64,000 nt of DNA from Sneathiellaceae bacterium. Lineage in GTDB: Bacteria; Pseudomonadota; Alphaproteobacteria; Ferrovibrionales; Ferrovibrionaceae. Of the stretch, positions 46,862 through 57,985 are shown piece by piece. How positions within the stretch are numbered: position 1 is the stretch's first letter; each line of letters opens with the position of its first letter. The stretch is from the NCBI GenBank assembly GCA_040216765.1, contig JAVJON010000066.1, positions 20,661-84,660 of the forward strand, written 5' to 3'. A program made the position numbers and the translations under genes. The notes beneath the pieces are model-generated. The model saw only the letters and a program-made list of their open reading frames with translations, was not told the DNA's origin and searched no databases.

Positions 46862-48358
46862 TCATTGTGCCGGTGCGCAATCCGCCGGGCCGATCCTCGG
46901 AGCGGCAGCATCTGCCGGCAGCCCTATACCAGGATCTCCACCGCCGCCTGCCCGGGTGGTGAAGTTGAAGGCCAGGTAGCGGTAGCGCCAGCCATGCGCG
47001 GCGACCGCCTCCTGGAAGCCGCGATACTCGTGGTCGCGCCAGTCGGGCTGCATGAAATATTCGTCGAAGACGATCACCGTGCCCGGCACGATCCGCGCTG
47101 CCAGCCCCGCCAGCACGTCGCGGGTCGAGCTGTAGAGGTCGCAGTCGATGTTCAGGAGCCGCGCGGGCCCGGCTTCCTGCGCCAGGAAGCCGGGGATCGT
47201 GTCGGCGAACCAGCCGACATGCAGGCGGACATTGTCCGGCACCTGCGGCAGGCGGCCGCCGGTGGTGAAGGTGCCGGCCTTGAACTGCTGCCAATCCTCC
47301 GGCAGCCCCTCGAAGCTGTCGAAGCCATGCACCGGCCCGTCGTTGCGGCCGCCCAGGAAGCGCAGCGAGGCGCCGTGGCGCACGCCGAACTCCGCCGTGA
47401 AGCCCGGCAGGCGCGCGGCAGCATCGGCCGCTGCCAGGGTGCCGCAGCGGCTGCCCAGGAAGCGCGTATCCGGGTCGCGATGCGCATCGGCATAGGCCCA
47501 GCACTCCGGTCCGACATCGTCGCCCTCCCCCGCGGCGGCGAGGCGCGCGAAGACCGGCGCCGCCGCCGGCGGATCGGCCAGGGCGGTCAGCACCGCGCGA
47601 TGCAGCAGCGCCGACCGGTGGCCCGGCGCGGCGGCCAGGATCTCGTCCAGGCAGGCGATCGCGGCGCCCGGCCCCGCGGTTTCCAGCAGCAGCGGATGCA
47701 GGCCCATGCGGGCCTTGATGCTGTCGGGCCGGTGGGCCTGCAGGTCGCGGAAGGCGCGCACGGCGCCGGCGATGTCGCCGGTCTCCTGCAGGGCCTTGCC
47801 CAGGGTGCTGGAGGCGTCCTCGTCCCGCGGCGCGACCTGCAGGGCGCGGCGGCAGAGCTGGATGGCCTCCTCCGGCAGGCCCTGTTCCACCAGCAGGAAG
47901 GCCAGGTCGGCCAGCAGCTTCGGCTCGCGCGGGCTGGCCGTCACGGCTAGGCGATAGCAACCCTCCGCCCCGTCCAGGTCGCCGCGGGCGAAGCGCAGAA
48001 CGCCCAGCGCGTGCTGCGCCCCGGCATGCTGCGGCGCCTGCCGGACACAGGCGGCGAAAGAGGCTTCGGCCGCTTCAGTGTCGTCCGCCTGCTGCTGCGC
48101 CAGGCCCAGGTTGAACAGCATGTCGGGGGATTGCGGCGCAAGCCGCACGGCCTTCTGCAGCAGGACGAGGGCCCGCTCCAGGTCGCCGCGGCCCTGTGCC
48201 ACCAGGGCCAGCAGATGAACCGCATCCGGCGTCTTGGGCCACTTCTTCAGGACCTGGAGATAACCCGTCTCGGCCGCTGCGAGATCCCCGGAGCGATGCG
48301 CGCTCACGGCGCGCGACAGGATCGCCTGTGCCTTGGGTGGTGGCGGCCGCGTCGCCAT
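46862..48358 (-). CDS. TPR-repeat protein fused to a class I (TylF/macrocin-O-MT-like) methyltransferase domain
   Basis: The N-terminal ~230 aa are TPR-like repeats. The C-terminus has GFDSFEGLPED...NIDCDLYSSTRDVL...FDEY, a TylF-type pattern. The start (ATG 48358) is uncertain and 48439 is an alternative. Confidence 0.75.
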   Translation of the reverse strand: MATRPPPPKAQAILSRAVSAHRSGDLAAAETGYLQVLKKWPKTPDAVHLLALVAQGRGDLERALVLLQKAVRLAPQSPDMLFNLGLAQQQADDTEAAEASFAACVRQAPQHAGAQHALGVLRFARGDLDGAEGCYRLAVTASPREPKLLADLAFLLVEQGLPEEAIQLCRRALQVAPRDEDASSTLGKALQETGDIAGAVRAFRDLQAHRPDSIKARMGLHPLLLETAGPGAAIACLDEILAAAPGHRSALLHRAVLTALADPPAAAPVFARLAAAGEGDDVGPECWAYADAHRDPDTRFLGSRCGTLAAADAAARLPGFTAEFGVRHGASLRFLGGRNDGPVHGFDSFEGLPEDWQQFKAGTFTTGGRLPQVPDNVRLHVGWFADTIPGFLAQEAGPARLLNIDCDLYSSTRDVLAGLAARIVPGTVIVFDEYFMQPDWRDHEYRGFQEAVAAHGWRYRYLAFNFTTRAGGGGDPGIGLPADAAAPRIGPADCAPAQ

Positions 48359-48621
48359 GCCGGCAGCCCGGCCTTCCCGCCGCCGCCCTACCGCATCCTT
48401 CCGCCAGCACGTGCCCCCGAGGGGACAGGCGCCCCGCATACGAATGCAAATCTGGATACAAGCCCAGGCGGTGCATTGGCCATCGTCTTTGCCTCCTATT
48501 CGCGCGGCTCTCTGGCGGAGCCGTCGCCTCACGTTTTTTCGGCCCGTCGCGCGGACCGGTTGCCTCCTGTTTCAATCATTTTGCGTCGATTTGGCACGAC
48601 GGTCCAGGCGCGGCGCCAACG

Positions 48622-48650
48622 AAAAGCCCGCAGGGCGGTGCCGTGCGGGC
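48622..48650 (-). terminator. rho-independent terminator of the acyl-CoA synthetase gene
   Basis: On the minus strand: GCCCGCA-CGGCACCGCCC-TGCGGGC followed by TTTTCG, ~45 nt after the stop codon. Confidence 0.6.
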
Positions 48651-48694
48651 TCTCGGTGACCGGCCGGGCGGGAGGGCCCGGCGATTGCGGGCGG

Positions 48695-50350
48695 CTATTC
48701 CGCCGCGTCCGCCGTCGGCAGCTTGTGGTCGGCGAAGTCCTGCCGCAGCTTGGTCTTCAGCAGCTTGCCGGTCGCCGTATGGGGCAGCTGCTCGACGAAC
48801 ACCACGTCGTCCGGCATCCACCATTTCGCGATCTTGCCGTCCAGGAACGCGAGCATCTGCGCCCGGTCGACCTCCTGCCCGGGCTTCTTCACGCAGATCA
48901 GCAGCGGGCGCTCCTGCCATTTGGCGTGGTGCACGCCGATCACCGCCGCCTCGGCCACCGCCGGATGGGCAACCGCGGCATTCTCCAGGTCGATGGAGGA
49001 GATCCATTCGCCGCCGGACTTGATCACGTCCTTGGCACGGTCGGTGATCTGCATGTAGCCGTCCGGGTCCAGGGTGGCGACGTCGCCGGTATTGAAGAAG
49101 CCGTTCGCGTCGAGGATCTCGCCGCCCTCGCCCTTGAAATAGCCGGCGGTGATCCAGGGGCCCTTCACCATCAGGTTGCCGAACGCCTTGCCGTCGCGCG
49201 GCAGTTCCGCACCGTCATCGTCGACGATCTTGGTCTCCACGCCGTATACCACGCGGCCCTGCTTGCTCTGCACGTCGAAGCGTTCCTTGTCGGACTGCTT
49301 CGAATGCTTGGGCAGCAGGGTCCCGGTCGTGCCCAGCGGGCTCATCTCGGTCATCCCCCAGGCATGCACCACATAGGCACCGAGCTGGTTCCAGAACCGC
49401 TCGATCATTGCCCGCGGCGCGGCCGACCCGCCGATCACCACCCGCTCCAGCTTGATCGCGGACTTCACGTCCAGCTCCGGATGCGCGTCCAGGTACTGGA
49501 AGAACATCAGCCAGACGGTGGGCACGCCGAGCGAGAAATTGCACGCCTCCGTCTGCAGCAGGTCGCAGACCGATTCCCCGTCCAGCTTCGCGCCGGGGAA
49601 GACCAGCTTGGCGCCGCACATCGCCGCGGCATAGGGGATGCCCCAGGCATTGGCATGGAACAGCGGCACGATGATCAGGGCATTGTCGTAGGAGGACAGG
49701 CCCAGGCAGTCGCGCATGCAGACCGCGAAGGAGTGCAGCACCGTGGAGCGATGGCTGTACAGCACACCCTTCGGGTTGCCCGTCGTGCCGGAGGTGTAGC
49801 AGAGCGAGGAGGCGGTGTTCTCGTCGAATTCCGGCCAGTCGTAATCCTCGCTCTCGGCCGCCAGCAGGTCCTCGTAGCAGAGCAGGTTGGGCAGCTTGCA
49901 GTCCGCGGGCATATGCGCCCGGTCGGTCATCACCACATAGCCCTTCACGCCGGTCAGCTTGTCCGCCAGCCCTTCCAGCAGCGGCAGGAAGGTGAGGTCG
50001 ACGAACAGGAACCTGTCCCCGGCATGATTGGCGATGTACTCGATCTGCTCCGGGAACAGCCGCGGGTTCAGGGTGTGCAGCACCGCGCCCATGCCGGACA
50101 CGCCGTAGTACAGCTCCATATGCCGGTAGGTGTTCCAGGCCAGGGTGCCGATCCGGTCGCCCTGGGACACGCCCAGCCGGGTCAGGGCATTGGCCAGCCG
50201 TTGGGAGCGGGCATGCAGGTCGCGATAGGTGTAGCGGTGGATCGGCCCCTCGACGGTACGGGTCACGATCTCCGTTTCGCCATGGTAGAGCGCCGCATAC
50301 TTGATCAGGGACGAGATCAAGAGCGGTTCCTTCTGCATCAGGCCCAGCAT
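48695..50350 (-). CDS. AMP-dependent (long/medium-chain) acyl-CoA synthetase
   Basis: 551 aa with the AMP-binding signature ([14 protein letters not shown]), the GWGMTE-like motif and C-terminal TGDV...[13 protein letters not shown]. Confidence 0.9.
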   Translation of the reverse strand: MLGLMQKEPLLISSLIKYAALYHGETEIVTRTVEGPIHRYTYRDLHARSQRLANALTRLGVSQGDRIGTLAWNTYRHMELYYGVSGMGAVLHTLNPRLFPEQIEYIANHAGDRFLFVDLTFLPLLEGLADKLTGVKGYVVMTDRAHMPADCKLPNLLCYEDLLAAESEDYDWPEFDENTASSLCYTSGTTGNPKGVLYSHRSTVLHSFAVCMRDCLGLSSYDNALIIVPLFHANAWGIPYAAAMCGAKLVFPGAKLDGESVCDLLQTEACNFSLGVPTVWLMFFQYLDAHPELDVKSAIKLERVVIGGSAAPRAMIERFWNQLGAYVVHAWGMTEMSPLGTTGTLLPKHSKQSDKERFDVQSKQGRVVYGVETKIVDDDGAELPRDGKAFGNLMVKGPWITAGYFKGEGGEILDANGFFNTGDVATLDPDGYMQITDRAKDVIKSGGEWISSIDLENAAVAHPAVAEAAVIGVHHAKWQERPLLICVKKPGQEVDRAQMLAFLDGKIAKWWMPDDVVFVEQLPHTATGKLLKTKLRQDFADHKLPTADAAE

Positions 50351-50525
50351 GGGTGTCTCCTCGCGCGTTTCAGGCCCGCGCCCTGCGCCAGTCCGTTGCG
50401 GCTGGCAGGCTTCGGCACCGGCAAATCCATTTCCGGACCATCCCTGTCCGGACGATCCGTTCGATGGGGCGGAATATAGGAAGCCGAGCGGAAACGCCGC
50501 AAGCCAAAGCCCAACCGGCGCGCCG

Positions 50526-51515
50526 TCAGGCCCGCCGGTCCAGCCGCCCCAGCCAGGCCAGCAGGTCCGACAGGACCTCCGACCGGTTGACCTCGTTCAG
50601 CAGCTCGTGGCGGGCACCGGGATAGAGCCGCAGCTCGACCTGCCGCATGCCCGCCGCCCCCAGCCGGGCCGCCAGCGCCTGCACCGCCTTGCCGCGCGCG
50701 CCGACCGGATCCTCCGCGCCCGCCACGATCAGCAGCGGCAGCGGCCCTGTGCGCGCCTCTGCCAGGCCCGCGACAGCCGGTACCGCGGTGGCTGCGACAA
50801 GGCCGCGCACCAGGGCCGTCCAGCTGCCGACGCTGACCCGTGCGCCGCACCAGGGATCGTCCAGATAGGCCGCCACGGCCTGGGGATCCCGGCTCAGCCA
50901 GTCGAACGGCGTGGCCGCGCCCGGCACCGCGCGGGCATAGGCGCCGAAGCTCAGGCCGTGCAGCAGGACGCTGCGCCCCCGCTGGCCCAGCCGCAGGGCT
51001 TCCAGCCGGGCCAGGACCAGGCCCGCGCGGGCGGCCGGCGGAGGCAGGCCCGGCGGCCCGGAAAAGATCGCCGCGGCATAGGCGTCGGGCGCCGCCTCCA
51101 GCGCGGACAAGGCCAGGACGGAGCCCATGGAATGGCCGAACAGGATCGTCGGGCGGCCGGGCCAGCGCGCCGCGCCGGCGGCACGCACCGCCGCGACGTC
51201 GGCCACCAGCAGCGGCCAGCCATCGCCGTCCGCCATATGGCCGAATCCGCCATTGGCCGAAGCCGTCAGGCCATGGCCCCGCACGTCATGGGCGAGCACC
51301 GCATAGCCGGCCGCATTCAGCGCCGCCGCCAGCGGCGCATAGCGGCCGCAATGCTCGGCCAGGCCGTGCACGACCTGCACGATCGCGATCGGGTCGGGAT
51401 GCGGCCAGAGGCGCAGCCCCAGTTCTGTGCCGCCCGCGCCCGGATGCAGCGCCTCGACCCCGGCCGCCGGTGCGGCGGCCGGTTCGTCCCCGGGCTCAGA
51501 CGTGCTGTCCGCCAT
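50526..51515 (-). CDS. alpha/beta hydrolase (lysophospholipase/monoglyceride-lipase-like)
   Basis: HG oxyanion motif (VVHGLAEH), nucleophile elbow GHSMGS and a C-terminal His region (ARHELLNE). Confidence 0.8.
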   Translation of the reverse strand: MADSTSEPGDEPAAAPAAGVEALHPGAGGTELGLRLWPHPDPIAIVQVVHGLAEHCGRYAPLAAALNAAGYAVLAHDVRGHGLTASANGGFGHMADGDGWPLLVADVAAVRAAGAARWPGRPTILFGHSMGSVLALSALEAAPDAYAAAIFSGPPGLPPPAARAGLVLARLEALRLGQRGRSVLLHGLSFGAYARAVPGAATPFDWLSRDPQAVAAYLDDPWCGARVSVGSWTALVRGLVAATAVPAVAGLAEARTGPLPLLIVAGAEDPVGARGKAVQALAARLGAAGMRQVELRLYPGARHELLNEVNRSEVLSDLLAWLGRLDRRA

Positions 51516-52245
51516 TGATGTGGATCTCCGCGCCGTTCACGTAGGAGGCCTGCGGCGAACAGAGGAAGTAGATCGTCGCCGCCACCTCCTCCGGCTTGCC
51601 CAGCCGGCGCATCGGGATCTCGCGCTCGACGATCTCGTCGGTGCCGGGCGACAGGATCGCGGTGTCGATCTCGCCCGGCGCGATGGCGTTCACCCGGATG
51701 CCATGCGGGCCAAGGTCGTTCGCCATCTCGCGGGTCAGCGCGACCAGGGCCGTCTTCGACGTCGAATAGGCGGCGCCTGCGAAGGGATGCACGCGCGAGC
51801 CGGCGATCGAGGTGACATTGACGATGCTGCCCTTCGCCTTCTCCAGTTCGGCGAACAGGCCGCGGGTCAGCATGACGATGGAAAACAGGTTGACGTTGAA
51901 AACGGTCTGCCAGTCCTCGATCGGCGTGTTCATCGTGTTGAGGCGCGCGCCGCCGGGCCCTTTCGGCGAAATCCCCGCATTGTTGACCAGCGCGTCCAGC
52001 CCCGCGCCGTCCAGCCGGCGGCGAAGATCGGCGATGCCGGCCTCCAGCCCGTCCAGGTCCGCCAGGTCGAGCACGACGTGATTCTCCTCGCCCCCGTCCC
52101 AGGGGCAATGCTCGGAGAATGCCTGGCGGGAGATCGTGATGACCCGCCAGCCGGCCGCGCTGAAGCGCTTCACGGTGGCATGACCGATCCCACGACTGGC
52201 GCCGGTGAGAATGAGATTGCGCTGCCGTTCTGCCATGGGCGGCAC
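51496..52245 (-). CDS. SDR-family oxidoreductase
   Basis: TGASRGIG cofactor motif, NNAG, and the S...YSTSK catalytic tetrad pattern. Confidence 0.88.
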   Translation of the reverse strand: MPPMAERQRNLILTGASRGIGHATVKRFSAAGWRVITISRQAFSEHCPWDGGEENHVVLDLADLDGLEAGIADLRRRLDGAGLDALVNNAGISPKGPGGARLNTMNTPIEDWQTVFNVNLFSIVMLTRGLFAELEKAKGSIVNVTSIAGSRVHPFAGAAYSTSKTALVALTREMANDLGPHGIRVNAIAPGEIDTAILSPGTDEIVEREIPMRRLGKPEEVAATIYFLCSPQASYVNGAEIHINGGQHV

Positions 52246-52300
52246 GCTATCGGATCGTCAGGGCGTTTGCCACGAAATTGCGCGGGCGGCCCGGAGGCCG

Positions 52301-54241
52301 TCAGCCCTCCCCGCCGGCCGGGCCAGCGGCTCGCCCCGCGGGGGACTGCCCGTCGGATGCTGCCGGAAGCGGCCGCCCGGCAAGCCGGAAGATCCGCGTG
52401 ACATGGACCTGGCCGCGCAGGCGCACCTCGCCTTCGGGAGAGAAATCGAAGCCGGCTTCCGGCACCGCGGCCTGCCGGGTATCGTCGGAGACCAGGATCG
52501 TCGCCTCGCCGCGGTCCTTCAGCTCCCGCACATGCTCGGAGATCCGCTGCGCGGTGTTCACCGTGTCGCCGACGATCGTGTAGTTGACCCGTGTCGTGCC
52601 GCCGATATTGCCCACGGTCACCGGCCCGGTATGCAGGCCGATGCGCAGCTGGATCGTCGGCAACCCTTCCGCCTGCAGCGCCCGGTTGTCCTTGGCGATG
52701 GCCGCGGCCATCGCCAGCGCGGCGGAGCAGGCGCGCCGCGCATGGTCCGGCACGTCGTCGGGCGCGCCCCAGAACGCCATCAGCCCATCGCCCAGCATCT
52801 TGTCGACCGTGCCGTCATGGGCCTCGACACAATCCTCCAGCAGGGAGAAGTGGCGGTTCAGATAGGCGGCGACCTGCTCGGCCCGCATCGCCTCCGAAAG
52901 GGCGGTGAAACCGGTGATGTCGGTGAACATCACCGTCAGCACCCGGTTCTCGCTGACCAGCCGGTCGGTATGCCCCATCCGGATCAGGCGGCTCACCAGG
53001 CCGCGCGGCACATAGGTGACGAACCAGCGCATTGCGTCGGACATCTGGTTCATCGCCTGGGCGGTGTCGTCGACCTCTCGCACCCGGCTGCGCCGCAGGG
53101 TGGGCGCCGCCTCGAAATCCAGGCTGCGGATCAACCCGGCCAGGGCGGCGAAATCATGGAAGCGCCGGCTGAGCCGGCGCGACGCGACGGCCGCGGCAAG
53201 CACCGCGAGCAGCAGGATCGCCACGCTGGCCAGGACGACATTCACCGACCGGTCCAGCGCGGCATCCACGCTGTCCTCGCGCAGGATGGAGCCCACCAGC
53301 CAGGGTTCCGTGCCCGGACGCGGCACCTCGCGATAGAGATAGACATAGGTCGTCCCGTCGACCTGCCGCAGATGGCCGGTTCCGCCATAGACCCGGTTGG
53401 AGCGCAGGCGGTCGACCAGCGAGCCCTGCTGCCAGATCGCGGCGAGGATCGGGTCGCCGACCTCGTCCAGGCGCGGCAGCGGGCGCATCGCCGCGCGGCC
53501 GGCGAAGCCTCGGGCCAGGTTGGGATGCGCCAGCACGTACTGCCGCTCCAGCAGGATGAACGGCACGACGCCATAGCGCTCGTTCAACTGGTCGAAGGCC
53601 AGCGACAGGTCCGCCATGCTGATCACCGCGACCAGAAGGCCCCGCTGCCCCGCCGGACCGGTTGTCGGCAAACGAAAGTTCAGCAATGGCTGCTGCAGGC
53701 TGTCGTCCCAGAAGATCGCTCCCCAGCTCGGCTCCTCCTCGGCGACGCTGCGCGCCAGGGCCGCGGCGGCGGCCGGGTCCCCGATCGTCCGGCGCCGGAC
53801 GGTGACGCCGGTCTCGCTGTTAAGGGTCACCCGCAGCCAGTCGCCGTCAGCGGAGAAATAGTCCAGCGCCGTGAGCCCGGGAGTGCCGGCCAGGGCACCG
53901 GCCAGCAGGTCGACGAAACCGTCGTCCTGCAGCGGGTCGATGCCGCGCTTCTGCGCGATGTCCGCCACCAGGGCCGTCTGGTCGCGGACATGGTCGAAGC
54001 CTTCCGCCAGTTGCGCCTCGACGATCGTGGCGACAAGGCCGGCCTTCTCCCGCCCCAGGTCCACGATCGTGTTGCTGATGCCCCAGAAGCCGAGTGACAG
54101 CACGGCCATGACGGCGACCAGCACCACGCCGCCGGACGACAGCACCAGAAGCGGTCCGATCGGCACCCGCCAACGGCCGCGCCGGAAGTGCCTCCACAGC
54201 GCGACGCGGCGCCGTCCTGCTGACCCAGTCCCGTTGACCAT
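52301..54241 (-). CDS. membrane sensor adenylate/guanylate cyclase (periplasmic sensor domain - HAMP - class III cyclase)
   Basis: Two TM helices flank a ~290-aa periplasmic domain. A HAMP-like linker follows, then the cyclase core (VMFTDITGFTALSE...KMLGDGLMAFWGAP...IGLHTGPV). Confidence 0.88.
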   Translation of the reverse strand: MVNGTGSAGRRRVALWRHFRRGRWRVPIGPLLVLSSGGVVLVAVMAVLSLGFWGISNTIVDLGREKAGLVATIVEAQLAEGFDHVRDQTALVADIAQKRGIDPLQDDGFVDLLAGALAGTPGLTALDYFSADGDWLRVTLNSETGVTVRRRTIGDPAAAAALARSVAEEEPSWGAIFWDDSLQQPLLNFRLPTTGPAGQRGLLVAVISMADLSLAFDQLNERYGVVPFILLERQYVLAHPNLARGFAGRAAMRPLPRLDEVGDPILAAIWQQGSLVDRLRSNRVYGGTGHLRQVDGTTYVYLYREVPRPGTEPWLVGSILREDSVDAALDRSVNVVLASVAILLLAVLAAAVASRRLSRRFHDFAALAGLIRSLDFEAAPTLRRSRVREVDDTAQAMNQMSDAMRWFVTYVPRGLVSRLIRMGHTDRLVSENRVLTVMFTDITGFTALSEAMRAEQVAAYLNRHFSLLEDCVEAHDGTVDKMLGDGLMAFWGAPDDVPDHARRACSAALAMAAAIAKDNRALQAEGLPTIQLRIGLHTGPVTVGNIGGTTRVNYTIVGDTVNTAQRISEHVRELKDRGEATILVSDDTRQAAVPEAGFDFSPEGEVRLRGQVHVTRIFRLAGRPLPAASDGQSPAGRAAGPAGGEG

Positions 54242-54345
54242 CCGTCCTGTCGACCGTCAGTCGCGTTGACATTCGGCCGCTTGCGGCCATTCCAGGATCC
54301 CGCGGCCCGGCCTCGGCCGCCGCCCCTGCGCCTGCGGGCCGGCGG

Positions 54346-55233
54346 TCAGTGCATCATCAGCGCCGGTATCGGCGACCGGACCAGCACTTCCGCCGTGACG
54401 CCGCCGAAGATCAGGCGGCGCATCTGGCTTCGCGAATAGGCGCCGATGACCAGCATGTCGGCATTGAGCTCCTGGGCCACCCGCAACAGGGCCTTGCCGG
54501 GCCCCGCCGGGTCCGGCTGCACGATACGATGCGCGGCAGGCACGCCATGCCAGGCCAGATAGTCCACCACGGCCAGGGCCGGCGGCCCGAAATTGCGCTC
54601 CGGCTCGACGCCCAGGACATGCACCTCCGACGCGCCCGACAGGAAGGGCAGCGCCGCGGTCAGCGCCCGGGTGCACTCGATGGAGCCGTTCCATCCGACC
54701 GCCACGCGCTGGCCGAATCCGTCCGGCGCGATGCCCTGCGGCACGACGAACACGGGCCGGCCGGTGTCCCGCAGCGCGGCTTCCAGGACCGGCGACGGAC
54801 CGGCATCCGGAAAGGGGCGCGGCATGACGATCAGGTCCGCCATGCGCCCGCGTTCGGCGACGATCTCGTCCTCCCGCCCGACGACATGTTCGTAGGACGC
54901 GCTGTAGGCCGATTGCGGCGCGCCGCCGCCGGGGACGGGCGGGTCCGCCCGGCGGGGCACCCCCACCGCGGTGACCGCGGCCTCGAAGATCTCGTGGCAC
55001 CTGGTATCGCGGACCCGGCAATCCGCCGCGCTCGCTTCCATCACCTTCTCGATCATCCCCGCCGTCATGCCCTCGCCCAGGAACGCCACCGCATCCCGGG
55101 AATCGACCGCGGTGTAGAGCGCCTTGACGTGAGCGCCCCAGCGCTGCCCAAGCCGCAGCGCCACCCGCAGGGAATCGGCATCCGCCGGATGGTCGGCCAT
55201 CGGCACCAATATGGTTCGACACAGATCGTGCAT
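54346..55233 (-). CDS. tandem universal stress protein (UspA family)
   Basis: Two Usp-like halves, the second ending ...LIFGGVTAEVLVRSPIPALMMH. Confidence 0.8.
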   Translation of the reverse strand: MHDLCRTILVPMADHPADADSLRVALRLGQRWGAHVKALYTAVDSRDAVAFLGEGMTAGMIEKVMEASAADCRVRDTRCHEIFEAAVTAVGVPRRADPPVPGGGAPQSAYSASYEHVVGREDEIVAERGRMADLIVMPRPFPDAGPSPVLEAALRDTGRPVFVVPQGIAPDGFGQRVAVGWNGSIECTRALTAALPFLSGASEVHVLGVEPERNFGPPALAVVDYLAWHGVPAAHRIVQPDPAGPGKALLRVAQELNADMLVIGAYSRSQMRRLIFGGVTAEVLVRSPIPALMMH

Positions 55234-55317
55234 CCGCAGAGTCCCGCCTTTTCCTGGCCGGTGCCGCCGGGGTCTCCGCCCCGCATTGGCGCCAGCGCGC
55301 CTCCCAACGCAGACAGT

Positions 55318-56967
55318 CTACGCCATTCCCGAGGCTGCGCGGAGCCAACCGGCCGGCAATACCGCACGGGCGCGCCCGACGACCGCCGGTAGCCCGGCAC
55401 CGCTATCGACCCGCGACCAGTCCAACGGCCCGATATCATAGCGCTTCTGCTGCTGCAGGACCGCCGAATCGGCGTCCGACACATCGCCGCGCCGCTCCTC
55501 GAGCCGTTGCGCCAGCTGCGCTTCCGGCGCCTCCAGCCAGAGGCCGTGGAAGGGCGCGCCGCAATCCCGCGCCACAGCCTCGATCGCCGCCCGCTCAGCC
55601 GGATCGGCATGCACCGCATCGGCGATGACCGCCTGACCGGCCCGAAGCGCCGCCGCGGCCTGTTGCCGCAGCCTGTCATAGACCGCCGCGCCCTGCCCCC
55701 GCGCATAGGCTTCCTTCGGCAGGCTGTCGGTCGGCGCCACGCCCCACATGGCCTTGCGGATCGCATCGCTGCGCAGCACCACCGCCCCGGGGATCCGCCC
55801 CAGATCGGGCGCCAAGGCACGCGCGATGCTCGACTTGCCGGTCCCCGACAGGCCGCCGACCGCCACCAGCACGGCCGGCGCCGGGGCCTGATAGCCGCCG
55901 GCATCCGCCAGATAGGCACGGGCGATGTCCGCCTGCTCCTCTGCCGCCGCGGCGTCGGACTGCACGGCCGCCATGCTGCAATGGACATGAATGCGGATCG
56001 ACGCGCGCAGGGCCAGATAGAGCGGCAGCAGCGACAGGCCCTCGCCCGCCCCGGGCAGGTCGTGCAGCGCCTCCATCCAGGCATTGAGGATCCGGTTGGC
56101 CTGCGCCGGCCGGCCGTCATGCCACAGGTCCATCAGCAGGAACGCCAGGTCGTAGAGGATGTCGATGACCGCGAATTCCTGGTTGAACTCGATGCAGTCG
56201 AACAGCCGGGGCCGGCCGTCGAACAGGCAGATATTCCCCAGATGCAGATCGCCATGGACGTGACGGACGAGGCCCTTGCTGCGGCGGGCCTCCACCGCCT
56301 GGCGGCCGGCATCGAAGGCCGCTTCCAGCGCGTCGGCAAGCGCATCCACCCGGTCCTGCGCCAGGATCTCCGCGCCATGGGTGCGGATCTGCGACAGCGC
56401 GCCGTCCAGGGTCCTTCGCAGCTCCGCGACACCGCCGAAGTCGCATCGCGGCGCCTCGGACCGGTGCAGCCGCGCCACCTCCGCCGCCACCGCGTCGCAG
56501 ATCCGGTCGTCGAGGCGGCCGGCCTGCGCGACTTCGCGCAGCAGCCCGTCCCGGTCGAAGCGGCGCATCACCACCAGCCATTCGGCGACCTCCGCAGGAT
56601 CCAGGTCGCCGGCCTCGGCGCGGATCGCCATGGCGTCCTGGCCGGAACCGCCGGATGTCCGGACCACGGCGCCCAGGCCAAGATAGATCTCCGGCGCGGT
56701 ACGGCGGTTCAGGCGCAGCTCTGTCTCGCAGACCGCCCGGCGACGCTGCAGGGTCGAGAAATCCAGGAACGGGAACCGCACCGCGCGCTTCGCCTTCAGG
56801 ACATGGCTGTCGCCCAGGAAGATCGCCGCGCCATGGGTGTCGATCCGCCGGATCGCGGCCCCGGCGGGCTGTTTCAGCGCGGCGGGCCAGCTGGCGGGAT
56901 CCGCCAGCGCGGCGAACGCATCGCGCTGTGCGGCCTGTTCCGCGCTGCAATCGTCGGAATCGGACAT
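55318..56967 (-). CDS. bifunctional phosphotransferase (APH-like) / P-loop ATP-binding protein
   Basis: The N-terminal kinase-like fold has HGDLHLGNI. The C-terminal half has the Walker A motif GGLSGTGKS. Confidence 0.8.
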   Translation of the reverse strand: MSDSDDCSAEQAAQRDAFAALADPASWPAALKQPAGAAIRRIDTHGAAIFLGDSHVLKAKRAVRFPFLDFSTLQRRRAVCETELRLNRRTAPEIYLGLGAVVRTSGGSGQDAMAIRAEAGDLDPAEVAEWLVVMRRFDRDGLLREVAQAGRLDDRICDAVAAEVARLHRSEAPRCDFGGVAELRRTLDGALSQIRTHGAEILAQDRVDALADALEAAFDAGRQAVEARRSKGLVRHVHGDLHLGNICLFDGRPRLFDCIEFNQEFAVIDILYDLAFLLMDLWHDGRPAQANRILNAWMEALHDLPGAGEGLSLLPLYLALRASIRIHVHCSMAAVQSDAAAAEEQADIARAYLADAGGYQAPAPAVLVAVGGLSGTGKSSIARALAPDLGRIPGAVVLRSDAIRKAMWGVAPTDSLPKEAYARGQGAAVYDRLRQQAAAALRAGQAVIADAVHADPAERAAIEAVARDCGAPFHGLWLEAPEAQLAQRLEERRGDVSDADSAVLQQQKRYDIGPLDWSRVDSGAGLPAVVGRARAVLPAGWLRAASGMA

Positions 56968-56975
56968 GCGGCCCG

Positions 56976-57947
56976 TTATACCGCCCGGCGCCGGGCGACG
57001 GAGGAATGCGGCCGCTCCAGGCCGGCCGGGTCCTGGTGGATGATGATCTCCGCCCCCGGAAACCGCTCCCGGATCCGCTCCTCGATCTCGTCGGCGATGG
57101 CATGGGCAGCGGACAGCGTCATGTTGGGGTCCATTTCCAGATGCATCTGGATGATCGGCAGGGTGCCGGAATAGCGGGTCCGGAGGTCGTGGACCGCCTG
57201 CGCCAGGGGATGCGCCGTCACCACCGCGAGGATCTCCGCGCGCTTCTCCTCCGGCATCTCATGGTCCATCAGGTGGTTGAAGGAATCCCGGAAAATGGCG
57301 TAGGCGCCGCGCAGGATCAGCGCCACGATCGCCAGGCTGATGATCGGGTCGGCAAGCGGCAGGCCGAACCGGCTTGCCAGCACCAACGCCAGGATAACCC
57401 CCAGGTTGACCAGAAGATCCGTGGCGTAGTGCACCGAATCCGCCGCGATCGCGACCGACCCCGTGCGGCGCGAGACCGAGCGCTGGAACAGCACCAGGAT
57501 GGCGGTCACGACGATCGAAAAGCCGATCACCGCCACGCCTTCGATGCCATGCTCCACCGGTTTCGGATGGATCAGGCGCTCGATCGCCGCGAACAGCAGG
57601 AACACCGCGGATCCGGCGATGATCGCCGACTGCACCAGGCCGGCCACCCCTTCCACCTTGCCATGGCCGAAGCGATGCTCCCGGTCGGGCGGGCGGGCCG
57701 CATGATGCACCGCCAGCAGGGTCATCACGCTGGCCAGGCTGTCCAGCAGCGAGTCCACCAGCGAGGCCAGCATGGCGACCGACCCCGTGGCATACCAGGC
57801 GCCAGCCTTCACGACGATCAGCAGGAGCGCAGCGGAGACGGAGGCATAGCCGGCCAGCTTGGTCAGCCGGATCGCCCGCGCACGGTCGATACCGCTCCCG
57901 GCTTCGCCATCGCGCGCGCCCGCATTGCGCTCCTCGTCCATGCCCAT
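56976..57947 (-). CDS. cation diffusion facilitator family transporter (FieF-like)
   Basis: CDF signature (ASLVDSLLDSLAS...HRFGHGKVE) and a C-terminal cytoplasmic domain. Start at the ATG at 57947. Confidence 0.88.
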   Translation of the reverse strand: MGMDEERNAGARDGEAGSGIDRARAIRLTKLAGYASVSAALLLIVVKAGAWYATGSVAMLASLVDSLLDSLASVMTLLAVHHAARPPDREHRFGHGKVEGVAGLVQSAIIAGSAVFLLFAAIERLIHPKPVEHGIEGVAVIGFSIVVTAILVLFQRSVSRRTGSVAIAADSVHYATDLLVNLGVILALVLASRFGLPLADPIISLAIVALILRGAYAIFRDSFNHLMDHEMPEEKRAEILAVVTAHPLAQAVHDLRTRYSGTLPIIQMHLEMDPNMTLSAAHAIADEIEERIRERFPGAEIIIHQDPAGLERPHSSVARRRAV

Positions 57948-57985
57948 GCTACAGCCTCCTGCCGGACCCGGCCGGATCGCCGGGC

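Noticed and set aside
48388-48483. 31-codon ORF (MANAPPGLVSRFAFVCGAPVPSGARAGGRMR) with a perfect AGGAGG 7 nt upstream, lying ahead of the TPR-methyltransferase start. A GGCG..CGCC-TTTTTT hairpin lies nearby at ~48515 on the + strand.
   Set aside because: There is no conservation evidence and the composition is typical of GC-rich non-coding sequence. It overlaps an alternative longer reading frame of the TPR gene. It may simply mean the TPR gene start is mis-placed. Worth a Ribo-seq look but not supportable from sequence alone.
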